Source: Nitrospirota bacterium
GTDB taxonomy: Bacteria > Nitrospirota > UBA9217
Assembly: GCA_963754875.1 (NCBI GenBank)
Contig: CAVWHO010000002.1
Location: 1 to 64,000 of the forward strand
Direction of reading: 5' to 3'
DNA length: 64,000 nt
In this document: one piece after another, positions 27,577 to 38,603 of the stretch
Layout: each line of letters begins with the position of its first letter
Position numbering within the stretch: the stretch's first letter is position 1
Notes under the pieces: generated by a model
The model's database searches: none
Told to the model about the DNA's origin: nothing
Seen by the model: the letters and a program-made list of their open reading frames with translations, nothing else
Program-made: the position numbers and the translations under genes

Positions 27577-29830
27577 CTACGCCGCCTTCGCTCCGCAGTG
27601 CACGCAGAACTTGGCAGCTGTCTTGACCGGACTTCCGCAGTCCGCAGCACGTGCGCTTGTTTTCTTCGCTGAACACGATCGTGGTTTTTCCCACGTCGAT
27701 CACGTCTCCGTCTTTGAGCACTTGCCTGCCGGTGACTTTCTTTTTGTTCACAAAGGTGCCGGCACGGGTTCCCTTGTCTTCGATGATGTACTCGCCGCCT
27801 TCCTTGAGGACCGCGGCGTGGTGCTCCTCAATGCTGCTGTCCTTGAACAGGCCGAGCGTGTTCAGCTTCTCCCTGCCGATGGTCACCGGTGCAGCTGATG
27901 TCGATGTCCTTCTTCGTGCCTTGACCGCGAACAAGGCTGAGATGTCCTGTCTGGTACTGCTGTTCGACCTTCCTGAGCGAAATTCCGACAAGCCCCAGAA
28001 TGCTTGCCAGGGTCACGCCGAAAGCCCAGCCCGGAGCCGCGGCGCTCGCGCCGAACAGCGATGACTCGGGCTGGAAGTACGCGCGCGTAGCCTGCTGGCC
28101 TGTCTTGAGACTGAGCGTTACGTTCCTGAGGTAGTCGGCCCTCTTGTCCGTCAGGTAGGTAATGACGTACTCGTTCCGGATCCTCTTGCTGATGGTCTCG
28201 TAGATCTCCGACAGATCCATCGGCAGCTGGGCGTGAAGAAGTAAAAGCCTCCGGTTTCCTCGGCGATGAGCTCAAGGCGGGAGGCCCGCACGTCTTTTCC
28301 GAGGCCGATGACGTAAACGGAAACGTCTTCTTTTACCGCCGCAGCGATCGACTGGTTCATATCGAGGGCGCCGCGGTTGGCGATGCCGTCAGTCAGGACG
28401 ATTACGGCCCTCCTGCCGGGAATGTTCTGCACGAGTTCCACGCCGCTTGCGATGGCGTCAAAGAGCGCCGTATGGCCGCCGGCCTTGATGGTGTCCGTTG
28501 ACTGTTTCAGCCGCGCCATGTCATCAGTGAGCGGTTCTACCCGTTCAACACGGTCGCTGAAGGTAATGAGGCCCGCCCGGTCGCCGGGCTCCATGAGCGA
28601 CAGGAACCTCTGCACCGATTCTTTGGCACGCATGATCTTCTCGCCGATCATGGAGCCGCTCCGGTCGACGACAATGGCAAGGCTGAAAGGCTCCGGCTTG
28701 CCGCTTGTACCGTACATCAGCATCGTATCGATCGAAACGGGCTGGTTATTCTCCGTGAGCGTTACATCTTCTTTTCCCAGGCCGCGTATTGGTTTACCCG
28801 AGGAGTCGAGCACTGAAACGTAGGCCTTGACCACGGGGAAGTTGCTCAAATCAAACTGACTGATCTGGACCGAAGCCGGGTCGCCGGCCAGTGCCGGATG
28901 CGCTCCCAGGGCGATCGTGCCGAGAACGACGATCGCGGCCGCAACAGCAGCCTTCTTCACGGCTGAAAACATGAGCAGGATGCTCCCCACCCGGATGACA
29001 TCGCCGTCGGAGAGTCTGCTTTCGTGGGTCAGTTTCTGGTTCACGTACACGACCTTTCCGTCTTCATCCGCTTCTATCGAGAAGTGGCCGTTCTTTCTCT
29101 TTATGAAGGCATGCTGTAACCCGACGCCTTCCGCACCCGAGAGACAGACATCGGAGCGGTCGTCCCTGCCCACGACGTTTGTCTCTTTGAGAAGCGGGAA
29201 CTCCCTGTTGATGTGCCTTCCCTTGATGACCTTCAATTTCGCCGATACGAATGCCTCCTCAACGAGGCTGATGAAAGCGCCGATGGACAGGCCGAGCAGA
29301 ATGAGCCCGGCAAGTGTTGACCAGATCGACGTTGCTGAAAGCTCGTTGAGCATGAGCCCGCCGAGCAAGCCCGCCGATAGCGCCCGCCGAAGAAGGCCGT
29401 ATAAGGCGCGCTCTCGTGACCGGATCATCACGCCGCCGCTTACTCCCACGGCAGCGCCGAGGATTGCCCATCCCAGTGCAACGGCGAGGGCAACGCCCAG
29501 AGATGCTTTAAATCTTCCTGCATTCGCAACGGCCGCGCCGAGCGCCGTAAAGGCCGTGCTGCCCAAAACTGCGCCCACAGCGCCGCCGACCAGGCCTGCT
29601 GCTGCGCCGTATGCTGCACGCTTCAGTGCGGCCTTATACTGCCTTCCGGTGATCGGCTCGTGACTCCAGAGGAATGCGCCGATAAACATGCCTGCAAGGC
29701 TGCCGAGCATCATTTCAGTGACCAGCCCGCTTGCGGATGTTGTTGACAGAGATATAACGAACGCCCAGGCAGCAGAGCCTCCGAGAGCGCCCGCAATGGC
29801 ATACAATACTATGTTTGCTATGGTTGTCAT
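27577..29830 (-). CDS. Multi-TM FHA-vWA-FHA-zinc-ribbon membrane protein (frameshifts near 28225, 27895, 27650)
   Basis: About 6 Gly-rich TMs, FHA (VVGRDD), MIDAS DRSGSM..LTDG, TM, second FHA (TIGRE..GTFVN), C-terminal C-x2-C..FCVHCG. Confidence 0.85.
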
Positions 29831-29915
29831 ATGATCCTCCTGTAGCAATAAGGAGACGAGAGCCAGGCATCAGGAGTCTTTTTTTGACTCCTGACCCCTT
29901 GCCCCATTGCTTTCC

Positions 29916-30354
29916 TTACGCCGCCTTTACCGACAGCGACAATTTCCCGAACTTGACTTCATCGCCGGGCTTGATCGTCTTGCGGCGCATGGGGCTGAAT
30001 CCGTTTCCTGTTGATGTACGTACCGTTCGTGGACCCCATGTCCTCGACGGTATAGTCAGCGCCTGAACGGTGAATGACCGCGTGTTTTCGGGATACGCCC
30101 TTTTCCATGCCGCCCAGACTGGTCAGGTCCACATCGGGAAACACCTCGCTGATGGGGTCTTCCCTGCCGATGACTACTTCGTCTTTTGCCGGGATCTCTA
30201 GTTTGCTTCCGTCAGGAGATGCGAGCACGATGTGCGTGTTGCCTGTTTCTGTTGCTGTTTCGACAAGCTCCGGCATCTCATCCAGCTTTGCTCCGCACTC
30301 TTCACAGAAGAGCGCTCCTTCGATATTTTCCATCTGACATTCTTTGCATTTCAT
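29916..30354 (-). CDS. Zinc-ribbon + FHA protein (frameshift near 29977)
   Basis: CKEC..FCEECG; IGRED..GVSRKHA..GSTNGT; ends IKPGDEVKFGKLSLSVKAA. Confidence 0.88.
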
Positions 30355-30434
30355 GGTAGTGTCCTCCTCTTTTTTTTGGACCGCGGCAACCGCGTTGCCC
30401 TTATTAAACGTCGACATGGTCGGCTCGCTCTATG

Positions 30435-31689
30435 TCACTTCATTGCCTGCGTCAGCTTTCTCGTGCCGTACTCGAGCTTCTTGGTCCCCACGGAGCTCAG
30501 GCTGCCGGTCTTCTTGAGCGTCAGGATTTCCCTTTCCGCTGTTTCAGCGAGTTCGTCTTCACCCAGGTTCAGAAACACCGTGGCGGCAGCCTGAAGCTTC
30601 TGCGTCGCGGCTGCGATATTGCCTGCCTCCGCTTCCGTCAACGCCCTGGTCTGGAGCTTGAATGCGCTCACTTTCTCCACAAGGTTCATCACCTCGGCAT
30701 TCACCTTCGCTGCTGCTGCAGCATCTGCAGTGAACGTGACGAAGAGGTCCGTCTTGCTCTTCTGCGCCCTGATGCCCTCCGTCGGGAATGTCATAGGAGA
30801 CTTCCACCTGGCCGAGTCGGAACTTCCCGGCCTTTTCTGCAGGAACGCGCGCCTCGATCAGCATTGCCTGACCCCTCGCCCCGTCGAGGGTGCCGAGATC
30901 TGCGGACACGATGCTGTTGTTCACGGCTTTATGCGTCACATCGGACGATCATCGGGACCGTCGTGTATACTTTGATGGGCCGAACGCCGGGGCTCATGCG
31001 CATCAGTGACGTTTCAGGTTCGTTGCAGCCACGGCCTGCATGCCGTCCACTTCCTGCTGGAACGCATCGAGGATCGAGATGGGGTTCTGTATCCAATGGG
31101 AGTTCCCGCGGGACCGCTCTGCGATCTGAAGCAGCAGTTTTTCGTTCCAATCGTCGCCGATGCCGATGCTCGTGATCGCGATGCCCTGCTTTCCCGCCTC
31201 GTCGGCCACTTTGAGGCTCGCATCCTCGTCGTCCCAGGTCCGGCCATCGGTGAGCAGCAGAATCCGGTTTACGCGATCCCTTGCATATCCCTTCATTACT
31301 TCTTTTAATCCGGCCCTGAGCCCGTCCGATATCTGGGTCCCGCCGCGTGCGATTATTGACTCGATCTTTGTCTTGATCTCGTCGCGGTTCTGTGCAGCCT
31401 GGTTCGAAACCAGCGTTTCGACCTGGTCGTCAAAGATCGTGACCGAAACAAGGTCGCGGTCGCTCAAATGATCAACCACGTAGCCCACTGCTTCCTTCAT
31501 GTTCTCCATCTTCTCTCCGTCCATGGAGCCGCTCCGGTCAAGTACAAGGGCGAAGTTTGCGGCCATGGCGCCGAGCATTGTTCCGCTTTTCGGCTTGATG
31601 TCTATGAGCGCATAGACCGCCTGCTCCGAGGCGATGGCCGGCAAGGTGTCTTTGCTCATAATGCATCGTACGTTTAATTCGTTCTTCAT
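30435..31689 (-). CDS. vWA domain protein, YfbK/Ca-activated chloride channel homolog-like (several frameshifts 30790-31015)
   Basis: LVLDRSGSM, RGGTQI, LLLTDG; helical C-terminus KKLEYGTRKLTQ. Confidence 0.85.
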
Positions 31690-31781
31690 TGTTTGTTCCT
31701 CCTTTTCGTATTCGGTACAAGGCAGAGAATTGAGTGCTGAACATACAGGTGCCTATCTCTACCCTTTGTTTCCAGCTATGC

Positions 31782-32663
31782 TCACGATACTCTCGCGACT
31801 ATCGCGGTAATATTGTCTTTCCCTCCGTTCTCATTCGCCAGCCGTACCAGTCTTGTTCCAGCGGACACGGCGTCGCTTGCCTCCGTACATATCCTGTGGA
31901 TGTCTTCATCCGCAATCTCTCCCCAGAGGCCGTCCGTACAAAGCAGTAACGTCCCGCCTTTCTTGAGCTCTACACAAACGGTATCTACTTTGACAGTCTC
32001 GTCAGTCCCGATCGTGCGAAAGAGCAGGTTGGATTTGGGGTGGTTCCTGGCCTCTTCTTTGGTCAACCTTCCCGCCGCAACGAGTTTCGCTACCAGGGAA
32101 TGGTCGGTGGTGATCTGGGAGATGGACCCGTTCTCGATCCAGTAAACCCTGCTGTCGCCGACATTCGCAACATAGGCAATGTCATTTGCCACGAGTGCCG
32201 CACTGAGCGTTGTGCCCATATCGGACCCCTTGCGCACTGCCTCCTTCAGCACTTCGCTATTGGCCTCCTGCACAGCACGCTCAACAAGACCACGGTGATC
32301 AGTACTCAGCGAATGATTCTCCTGCACGACTTTGCAGACCGTCTCAACAGCGATCCTGCTTGCCACTTCTCCAGCATCGTGACCGCCCATGCCATCGGCA
32401 ACAATAAAAAGGACCTTGCCTGCAAATTCAAGGACTGCAAAATTATCCTCGTTGTGATCTCGTACCCCGCCCGTGTCCGTGATCCCGTACCAAATCGGTG
32501 TGCGATCTGACACATCAGAAGGAACCGGACCATCAGGTTCGGGTCCCAGTCTCAGTGTGTGGACAGGCTGGAGCACTCGTGTCGCGTTAAGGGACTTCTT
32601 CACCGTTGGTAAAGTTTGACTGCTTTGATCACTCTTTCCAAAAATCAGAAGATGCTGCATCAT
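31782..32663 (-). CDS. PP2C/Stp1-family Ser/Thr phosphatase
   Basis: RDHNEDN, VADGMGGHDAGEVAS, MGTT, NVGDSR, LCTDGL, GGKDNIT; GGAGG RBS before ATG 32663. Confidence 0.92.
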   Translation of the reverse strand: MMQHLLIFGKSDQSSQTLPTVKKSLNATRVLQPVHTLRLGPEPDGPVPSDVSDRTPIWYGITDTGGVRDHNEDNFAVLEFAGKVLFIVADGMGGHDAGEVASRIAVETVCKVVQENHSLSTDHRGLVERAVQEANSEVLKEAVRKGSDMGTTLSAALVANDIAYVANVGDSRVYWIENGSISQITTDHSLVAKLVAAGRLTKEEARNHPKSNLLFRTIGTDETVKVDTVCVELKKGGTLLLCTDGLWGEIADEDIHRICTEASDAVSAGTRLVRLANENGGKDNITAIVARVS

Positions 32664-32779
32664 AACGACCTCCTGTACGCCTCTCCCCGTGATCTTTTTC
32701 AGACATCCCATAAATCCATGCTCCATATCCGTCTCCCGTCTTTTATGCTGTTCTGTTCCGTACTTATGCAATGGTGTTT

Positions 32780-32796
32780 TGCATAGCATGTGCCAA
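32780..32796 (-). promoter_or_regulatory. Sigma54 -24/-12 promoter
   Basis: TTGGCACATGCTATGCA (GG-N10-GC) about 115 bp upstream of the PP2C-vWA-FHA-kinase operon. Confidence 0.7.
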
Positions 32797-33035
32797 AACT
32801 CGGAAAGGCCATCACCACTGTATTTGCCCGGAAGAATTGTCATACGATTCCGAGGGTTGCCGTTTTTCAAGGGTGCTGGAGAGGCATTCGGGTTGTGCAG
32901 TCCAGGGAGAGAAGTTATTTGATTATCGAAGAGCAGTATTCGATTTTCGAATGCTCTGGAAAGGAAAGTTTTTAATCAAAGCAGGTATCAACAGTGTGCC
33001 GCTTTTTTGAATGGGGAGTAAGAAGGGATTGCAGC

Positions 33036-34065
33036 TCAGGAGATCCTCAGCACTTTCGCGCCGCGGATCTTTCGTTCTTTTAGTTCGAGAAGGGCGGTAT
33101 TTGCTTCCTCAAGAGAATACTCCTGGATTTCCGGCCTGAGAGGCATATCTGCGGCCAGTTTTAAAAAGCCCTCCACATCGGACCTTGTGATGTTCGCAAC
33201 GCTCTTGATCTCTTTCTCCATCCAAAGGTCTCTGCGAGTAATCAAGATTGAGGAGCACATCCTTGTCCGTGTCCTCTTTCCTGATTGCATTGATCACAAG
33301 CCGCCCCCCCTTTTCGAGGTTTTTCATGGCATCAACGATTGGCTTCCATGCGGGCGTCGTATCGATAACAGCATGCAATTTTTCAGGTGATGTCTCTTCT
33401 GAGTCTCCGGACCAGACAGCGCCGAGCTCCGTTGCGAACGCCCGTTCTCCCTCCGTTCGGGAGAAGACATAGATGGACGTTTTAGGATACAGGTGTCGCA
33501 CCATCTTGAGTACGAGATGTGCTGATGCGCCGAAACCCGTTAGCCCGATCGGATCCCCGTCTTTCATATTTGCCAGACGAAGTGCGCGATAACCGATAGC
33601 ACCTGCGCATAAAAGCGGAGCGGCTTCAGCATCGGAAAATAATTCCGGTATCTTGTACGCGAATGCCTCAGGGACCGTTGTATATTCCGCGTAGCCTCCG
33701 TCAGCGTCCCTGCCCGTTGCCATAAAATCGTCACAGAGGTTTTCCCTTCCGCGTGTACAGAACTTGCAAGTACCGCAGGCAGAATGGATCCAGGCAATGC
33801 CGACTCTGTCATTGATCTTGAATGTGCCTGCTTTGTTGCCGAGTTCCGCTACGCGCCCGACGATTTGATGACCGGGTATGATCGGATATTTCGTGGGAGG
33901 TGTCCTGCCTTCGATTTCGTCGAGCTCCGTGTGGCACACGCCGCAGACTGAGACCTTGACAAGGATTTCACGGTCTTGAGGAGCCGGAACAGGCAGGTTG
34001 ACAAGTTCGAGGGGTGAACGGTTTTCAGCGAGGTTCGTGCTTTTCTTCAAAGCCATGGCTTTCAT
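33036..34065 (-). CDS. Zinc-dependent alcohol dehydrogenase family protein (frameshift near 33235)
   Basis: CGVCHTELDE, IPGHQIVG, CGTCKFC..NLC, APLLCAG, GFGASAH. Confidence 0.92.
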
Positions 34066-34158
34066 AGTCTTCGCCTCGAACACAACGATGCGGTGCTTCA
34101 TTTTTATTATATCAGATTGTTTATTGCGTACGACTGGGAGGAGACGAGGGTATGAGCG

Positions 34159-34662
34159 TTACAGTTCTTTGAGCAATACTTCGGACAGGTCTTTACGTTT
34201 CGAAGCGTGTTTCTGTGACGCTGGGTGCCCCAGGGCAACGACAGCCATGAGTTCCAGCTCTTGCGGCAATCCGAGAAGATCCCGCACTCCCTCGGCATTC
34301 TTGAGAATTTCACCGAGCCAGACGGCGCCGAGACCGAGGGCATGGGCGGCGAGGAGCATGTTCTGGATGCAGGCGCCCATGGCCTGGTGGTCCTTAACGT
34401 CGTGGTACATCGCGCTTCTGTCCACAAACACGGCAATGCATGCGGCTGCACGCTCGATGATGAAATTATACTTTGTGTGCTTCGCCAGCTCGTTGCGGAC
34501 TTCGGTGCTCCGCACGATAACGAACCGCCAGGGCTGGTTGTTCGTTCCTGAAGGCGCCCAGGTTCCGGCTTTGATGATCTCGATAAGCTGTTCACGTGCG
34601 ATTGGCTGGTCAGTGAACTGACGAATGCTGCGGCGGGTATAGATACCTTCTAACAAATCCAT
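34159..34662 (-). CDS. Nitroreductase family protein
   Basis: RRSIRQF, WAPSGTNNQPWRF, QNMLLAAHALGLGAVW. Confidence 0.93.
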   Translation of the reverse strand: MDLLEGIYTRRSIRQFTDQPIAREQLIEIIKAGTWAPSGTNNQPWRFVIVRSTEVRNELAKHTKYNFIIERAAACIAVFVDRSAMYHDVKDHQAMGACIQNMLLAAHALGLGAVWLGEILKNAEGVRDLLGLPQELELMAVVALGHPASQKHASKRKDLSEVLLKEL

Positions 34663-34941
34663 GGCAGTCATTATAGTGCTTTTAGCCATTCATTTCCACG
34701 ATTATGGCGCATCGAGTTGATTCACAATAAATGTTATCCAATCACATTTTGAAAAGTATCCTTGACCCGTACCAGAGATCGTCTTTATTCATGTTTTCAC
34801 TCTGCAGTCAACCGAATAAATTTATTATTATCTATCATGGAGATGACAAGTTAGTTTCTTCTATTTGCCTCCCACAAAGCTATTGCATGCTGGGCGAGAA
34901 GAAAAGTCAAGCCGTAAATGGGCGACACTAAGAGCCATGGA

Positions 34942-35622
34942 CTACAACACTTTGAACGATCCCAATACTTTCTCTATTTCCGCCTGTTCCCGTTCAAAGT
35001 TATCTTTAGGGATTGAAATCGCCACTCGATACATTGACTTTTCCTGCTGTACCAGCAATAAGTCGGTTCTCATCAAAACACCGTTTTTAGAAGTTTCTAG
35101 ATAACCTCTTCTCTGATCCGTATTTTTGCCCTTTCCTTCAAAGACGTATGTCTTGGGAGGGTCGGCCTTCGCCCCAATCTGGATCAGATCTTTAACGAGG
35201 CTATCAACATCTTTCACCAATGCTTGCTTCATAACGACTATGGTAAAAGAAGTTTTTTGATCACTGTTTCTGTTCGTTGCGATAAGAGAAACGACACTGC
35301 TCGAACTTGCATAGGTAAGTCCCTTGGGGATTAATATTTGATAGCCATCCGGAGATTTAAATAGCAGTTCGTCTGAAGCGATGGAACCGTTGCTTAATGC
35401 ATTTGCCAGTTCATTGTTCGACGGAATTCTTTGCGCCGAAATTTGATGAAACCCTTTATATGTCTCGCTGCCTGCAAGCGCAAGGAAGATCAAGACAACG
35501 AGCAGGACCCACCATTTTCTGTGAAGTCTCAGCTGCCGTTTGTTGAAGTAATAAAAGAGGAATCCACCTGCAATGACTAAATAGACCGCGGCGTACACAA
35601 ATATGGGCAGATAGGCTTTCAC
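34942..35622 (-). CDS. Hypothetical membrane protein (two TMs plus a soluble domain)
   Basis: Long ORF, AGGAGG RBS before GTG 35622, lower GC. Confidence 0.65.
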   Translation of the reverse strand: MKAYLPIFVYAAVYLVIAGGFLFYYFNKRQLRLHRKWWVLLVVLIFLALAGSETYKGFHQISAQRIPSNNELANALSNGSIASDELLFKSPDGYQILIPKGLTYASSSSVVSLIATNRNSDQKTSFTIVVMKQALVKDVDSLVKDLIQIGAKADPPKTYVFEGKGKNTDQRRGYLETSKNGVLMRTDLLLVQQEKSMYRVAISIPKDNFEREQAEIEKVLGSFKVL

Positions 35623-35687
35623 GAAATGTTTCCTCCTTGTGGCCTGCAATTCTTTCTCTAATATGATTCAGTGGAATTCCTAACTGA

Positions 35688-36629
35688 CTAATACGGCGCC
35701 GTGAGCGACACTATCAAAGTTGCGCTCGCCGCCGTATTGCCCAGCTTCGCCGTGATCGTTGCCGTCCCGGCGATGTGTTGCGTGATCACGGTCATCCCCT
35801 GTCCATTTACATTATAGGATCCGATCTTCGCAACCGTTGTGTCCGATGAGCTCCAGATCACCGACTGGGTAAGGTCCTCCACAGAGCCGTCATTGAATGT
35901 TCCGGTGGCGGTAAAGAAGACACCTACCATTCTCGGGACGACGTCATCCTTCGGATTGACATCGAGTGACACGAGCGCCCTGCCTGATACGTTAATGATC
36001 GCCTCGTTCGAGGTAATGTTCCCCCATGACGCCGTAATGGCGGCGGTCCCGCCGCCTACGCCCGTAACCGTGCCTGAGTCAACGGTAGCACAAACGTCAT
36101 TGGAAGTGCTCCACGTCGCCATTGAGGTTATGTCCTGCGTAAAAGTCTCGCCGCCGTTGGTGAACGTCCCCATAGCGGTGAGAGCGGTCGTGATTCCGCC
36201 GTCGACATCAGCGATGGCGGGAGAGACAGCGATGGCGGTCAACTGCGCGTTCTTTACGGTCAGAGCCGCGCTGCCTGACAAGCCTCCCGGCTCCGTTGCC
36301 GTGATGGTGCACGTATCGGGGCCGGCGACCTGGGCCGCCGTTGCCACACCCGATGCGGAGACGGCCACCATCGTGTCCGAGGAGGTCCAGTTTACGAACG
36401 TGGTCATGTCCTGCGTGGAACCATCCGAATACACTCCGGTGGCCCGTAACTGCAGTTGAGTTCCTCCCGCCATCACGGGGGCAGGCGGCGTGATCTGGAT
36501 GGACACAAGATTGTCGAATCCGAATTGAGACACCCGGCAAGCGTTGACCGATGCCAGGCCTGCAAATACGGCCGTCGCTGCAAGTGTGAGCACGATTGTG
36601 CGGACTTTTCTTTTTTGTGGCGCTTTCAT
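35688..36629 (-). CDS. Lipoprotein with three Ig-like (Big_2) repeats
   Basis: Lipobox-like VNAC; repeated ATGxF/YxDG..D.T..V.W.SSD..VA. Confidence 0.85.
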   Translation of the reverse strand: MKAPQKRKVRTIVLTLAATAVFAGLASVNACRVSQFGFDNLVSIQITPPAPVMAGGTQLQLRATGVYSDGSTQDMTTFVNWTSSDTMVAVSASGVATAAQVAGPDTCTITATEPGGLSGSAALTVKNAQLTAIAVSPAIADVDGGITTALTAMGTFTNGGETFTQDITSMATWSTSNDVCATVDSGTVTGVGGGTAAITASWGNITSNEAIINVSGRALVSLDVNPKDDVVPRMVGVFFTATGTFNDGSVEDLTQSVIWSSSDTTVAKIGSYNVNGQGMTVITQHIAGTATITAKLGNTAASATLIVSLTAPY

Positions 36630-36690
36630 AATGTATATACCAGGTTAATCAAGTGAAATAATGCCGTGGGACGGCTGTCTCCGCGAGGGA

Positions 36691-37413
36691 TCATCCTGCC
36701 GTTTCCGCATCGTTAGCCGGGGCCTGCACGATCTGTCCGTCCCGCATTTCAAGTATGCGATCTGCCTGCTTGGCCAGTTCCACGTTATGCGTGACCATGA
36801 GTATGGTCACGCCGACTTCCGCGTTTATTCCCTCCAAGATCCGGACGATCTCCGTTGACCGCTTTGAATCGAGATTTCCCGTGGGTTCGTCGGCCAGCAA
36901 TATTTCCGGGTTGTTTACCAGCGCCCGCGCGATCGCCACCCGCTGCATTTCACCTCCGGAAATCTGGCCGGGGAGATGGTCCTTGCGGTGATCGATCCCG
37001 AGCATCTTCAGATAACCGGAGACGTCCGTCCCGGCCCCTTCTTTGCGATAGAAGGTCAGAGGCAGCATGATATTTTCCAGCACAGTCAGGGTGGGGATAA
37101 GGTAGAAATTCTGAAAAATATAACCGAACGCCTCACGCCGGATTTCCGTAAGTTTTTTTTCGGACAGCCGGCGGCCTTCACTGCTGAAGATCGTGCGCCC
37201 ACTAAGCTGCAATTCGCCCAACGAAGGGTTGTCGAGACAGCCGAGAAGGTTTACGAGGGTGGTCTTGCCGGAACCCGAGGGTCCGATGATGGAAACGAAT
37301 TCCCCCTTCATAATCCGCAGCGATACATCGTGCACTGCGGGGATCGCCTCATTTCCTCGGTGATACACCTTGGTCAGGCTTATCGCTTCCAGAGAAACGT
37401 CTTGCCGTGTCAT
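36691..37413 (-). CDS. ABC transporter ATPase, LolD/MacB-like
   Basis: GPSGSGKTT, ISGGEMQRVAIARAL, LADEPTGNLD. Confidence 0.95.
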   Translation of the reverse strand: MTRQDVSLEAISLTKVYHRGNEAIPAVHDVSLRIMKGEFVSIIGPSGSGKTTLVNLLGCLDNPSLGELQLSGRTIFSSEGRRLSEKKLTEIRREAFGYIFQNFYLIPTLTVLENIMLPLTFYRKEGAGTDVSGYLKMLGIDHRKDHLPGQISGGEMQRVAIARALVNNPEILLADEPTGNLDSKRSTEIVRILEGINAEVGVTILMVTHNVELAKQADRILEMRDGQIVQAPANDAETAG

Positions 37414-38603
37414 CCTCCAACCTCGCTCCGTATCGCCTCAAGCGGCCTGATTCTACCCGCCTTCCAGGCAGGGTAAAGTCCGCTGAGGATCCCTATACCA
37501 AGGACTGTTCCCAGCGTCAGCAGCACCAGGCGCGCGTTGATCAGCACCAGCCCTCCATTCGGCGCGAACGTCAGCAGGTGGCGAAACAACAGCTCCGTGA
37601 TCCCAGAAAGGAGCATCGCCAGGACCACACCGAGGATGCCTCCCGACGTGCAGATGAGCAGTGTCTCGATCCAAATGATCTGGAAGATGTCGCCCGGCAT
37701 GGCGCCGATTGTCTTCAGAATGCCGATCTCCTGGAACCGTTCGTGGACCGACATCAAAATGGTGTTGACAACTCCGACCATTGCGATCAGGATTGCGATG
37801 ATTGCAATCGAAATAACCAGCACCTTGGCCGTGGAAACGAGCGACAGGATCGTTTGCTTTACTTCCGCCAGGCTTACCACCTGGACGCCAGGGAGCGAGT
37901 ACAGCGCATTTTCGATCTTGTCGACGTCGGCGTCCTTCTGGATTTTTACCCCGATAGTCGTCAATTTATTCTGCTTATCGAATATTTTCTGGAGGGCGCC
38001 CAGCGGCACGAATGTCGTCCCGTCGTCCTGGGTGCCGGTCCTCTTCAGGATCCCAACCACCTTGAGCGCCACGTTTTTCTCGGGGATGAGGATCATGTCC
38101 CCGACCTCCCGTTGCTCCAGCTCCGCAGCCTCGTATCCCATGACGGCTTCATAGGCTTGCGGATCCGTGAACCACCCTCCCTGGCGAAAGGTGAAATAGG
38201 TCTTCATCGCGCTATAGCTTTTCGGCTCGACGCCCCAGTACGCGGCGAGGCCCCCGTTTTGTCCCTTGTTCGGATCGAATACGGCTGCCATCATCATCGG
38301 GGTGATCTGCGCCACGCCCGGTTCTTTTCTGACCGTCTCGCTGACAGACTGGTCGATATACTTCAGACCCGCGCCGCCCTTCAACATCATAGTGGCGGCC
38401 TCGTAAGGGCAGCCCTTGGCCATGACCAGCATTTGAAAGCCCATATTATTGATATCGTTGTTCAGCGCGGTCTCGAAACCGTTATTGAACCCTAGCAGAC
38501 TCACCAGCACCCATGCCGAAATCGCAATGCCGACGACAGTCAGAAGACTGCGGACTTTCTTACGCAGCAGGTTCTTATAGGCCACCTGAAATTTCGTGAT
38601 CAT
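37410..38603 (-). CDS. ABC permease, MacB/FtsX/LolE type
   Basis: KNLLRKKVRSLLT, periplasmic loop, NTILMSVHERFQEIGILKTIGA, YPAWKA..PLEAIR. Confidence 0.93.
   Translation of the reverse strand: MITKFQVAYKNLLRKKVRSLLTVVGIAISAWVLVSLLGFNNGFETALNNDINNMGFQMLVMAKGCPYEAATMMLKGGAGLKYIDQSVSETVRKEPGVAQITPMMMAAVFDPNKGQNGGLAAYWGVEPKSYSAMKTYFTFRQGGWFTDPQAYEAVMGYEAAELEQREVGDMILIPEKNVALKVVGILKRTGTQDDGTTFVPLGALQKIFDKQNKLTTIGVKIQKDADVDKIENALYSLPGVQVVSLAEVKQTILSLVSTAKVLVISIAIIAILIAMVGVVNTILMSVHERFQEIGILKTIGAMPGDIFQIIWIETLLICTSGGILGVVLAMLLSGITELLFRHLLTFAPNGGLVLINARLVLLTLGTVLGIGILSGLYPAWKAGRIRPLEAIRSEVGG

Noticed and set aside
22170..32663. Type VI secretion locus (PpkA/PppA/Fha)
   Set aside because: No sheath, Hcp, VgrG, baseplate or ClpV genes in the window
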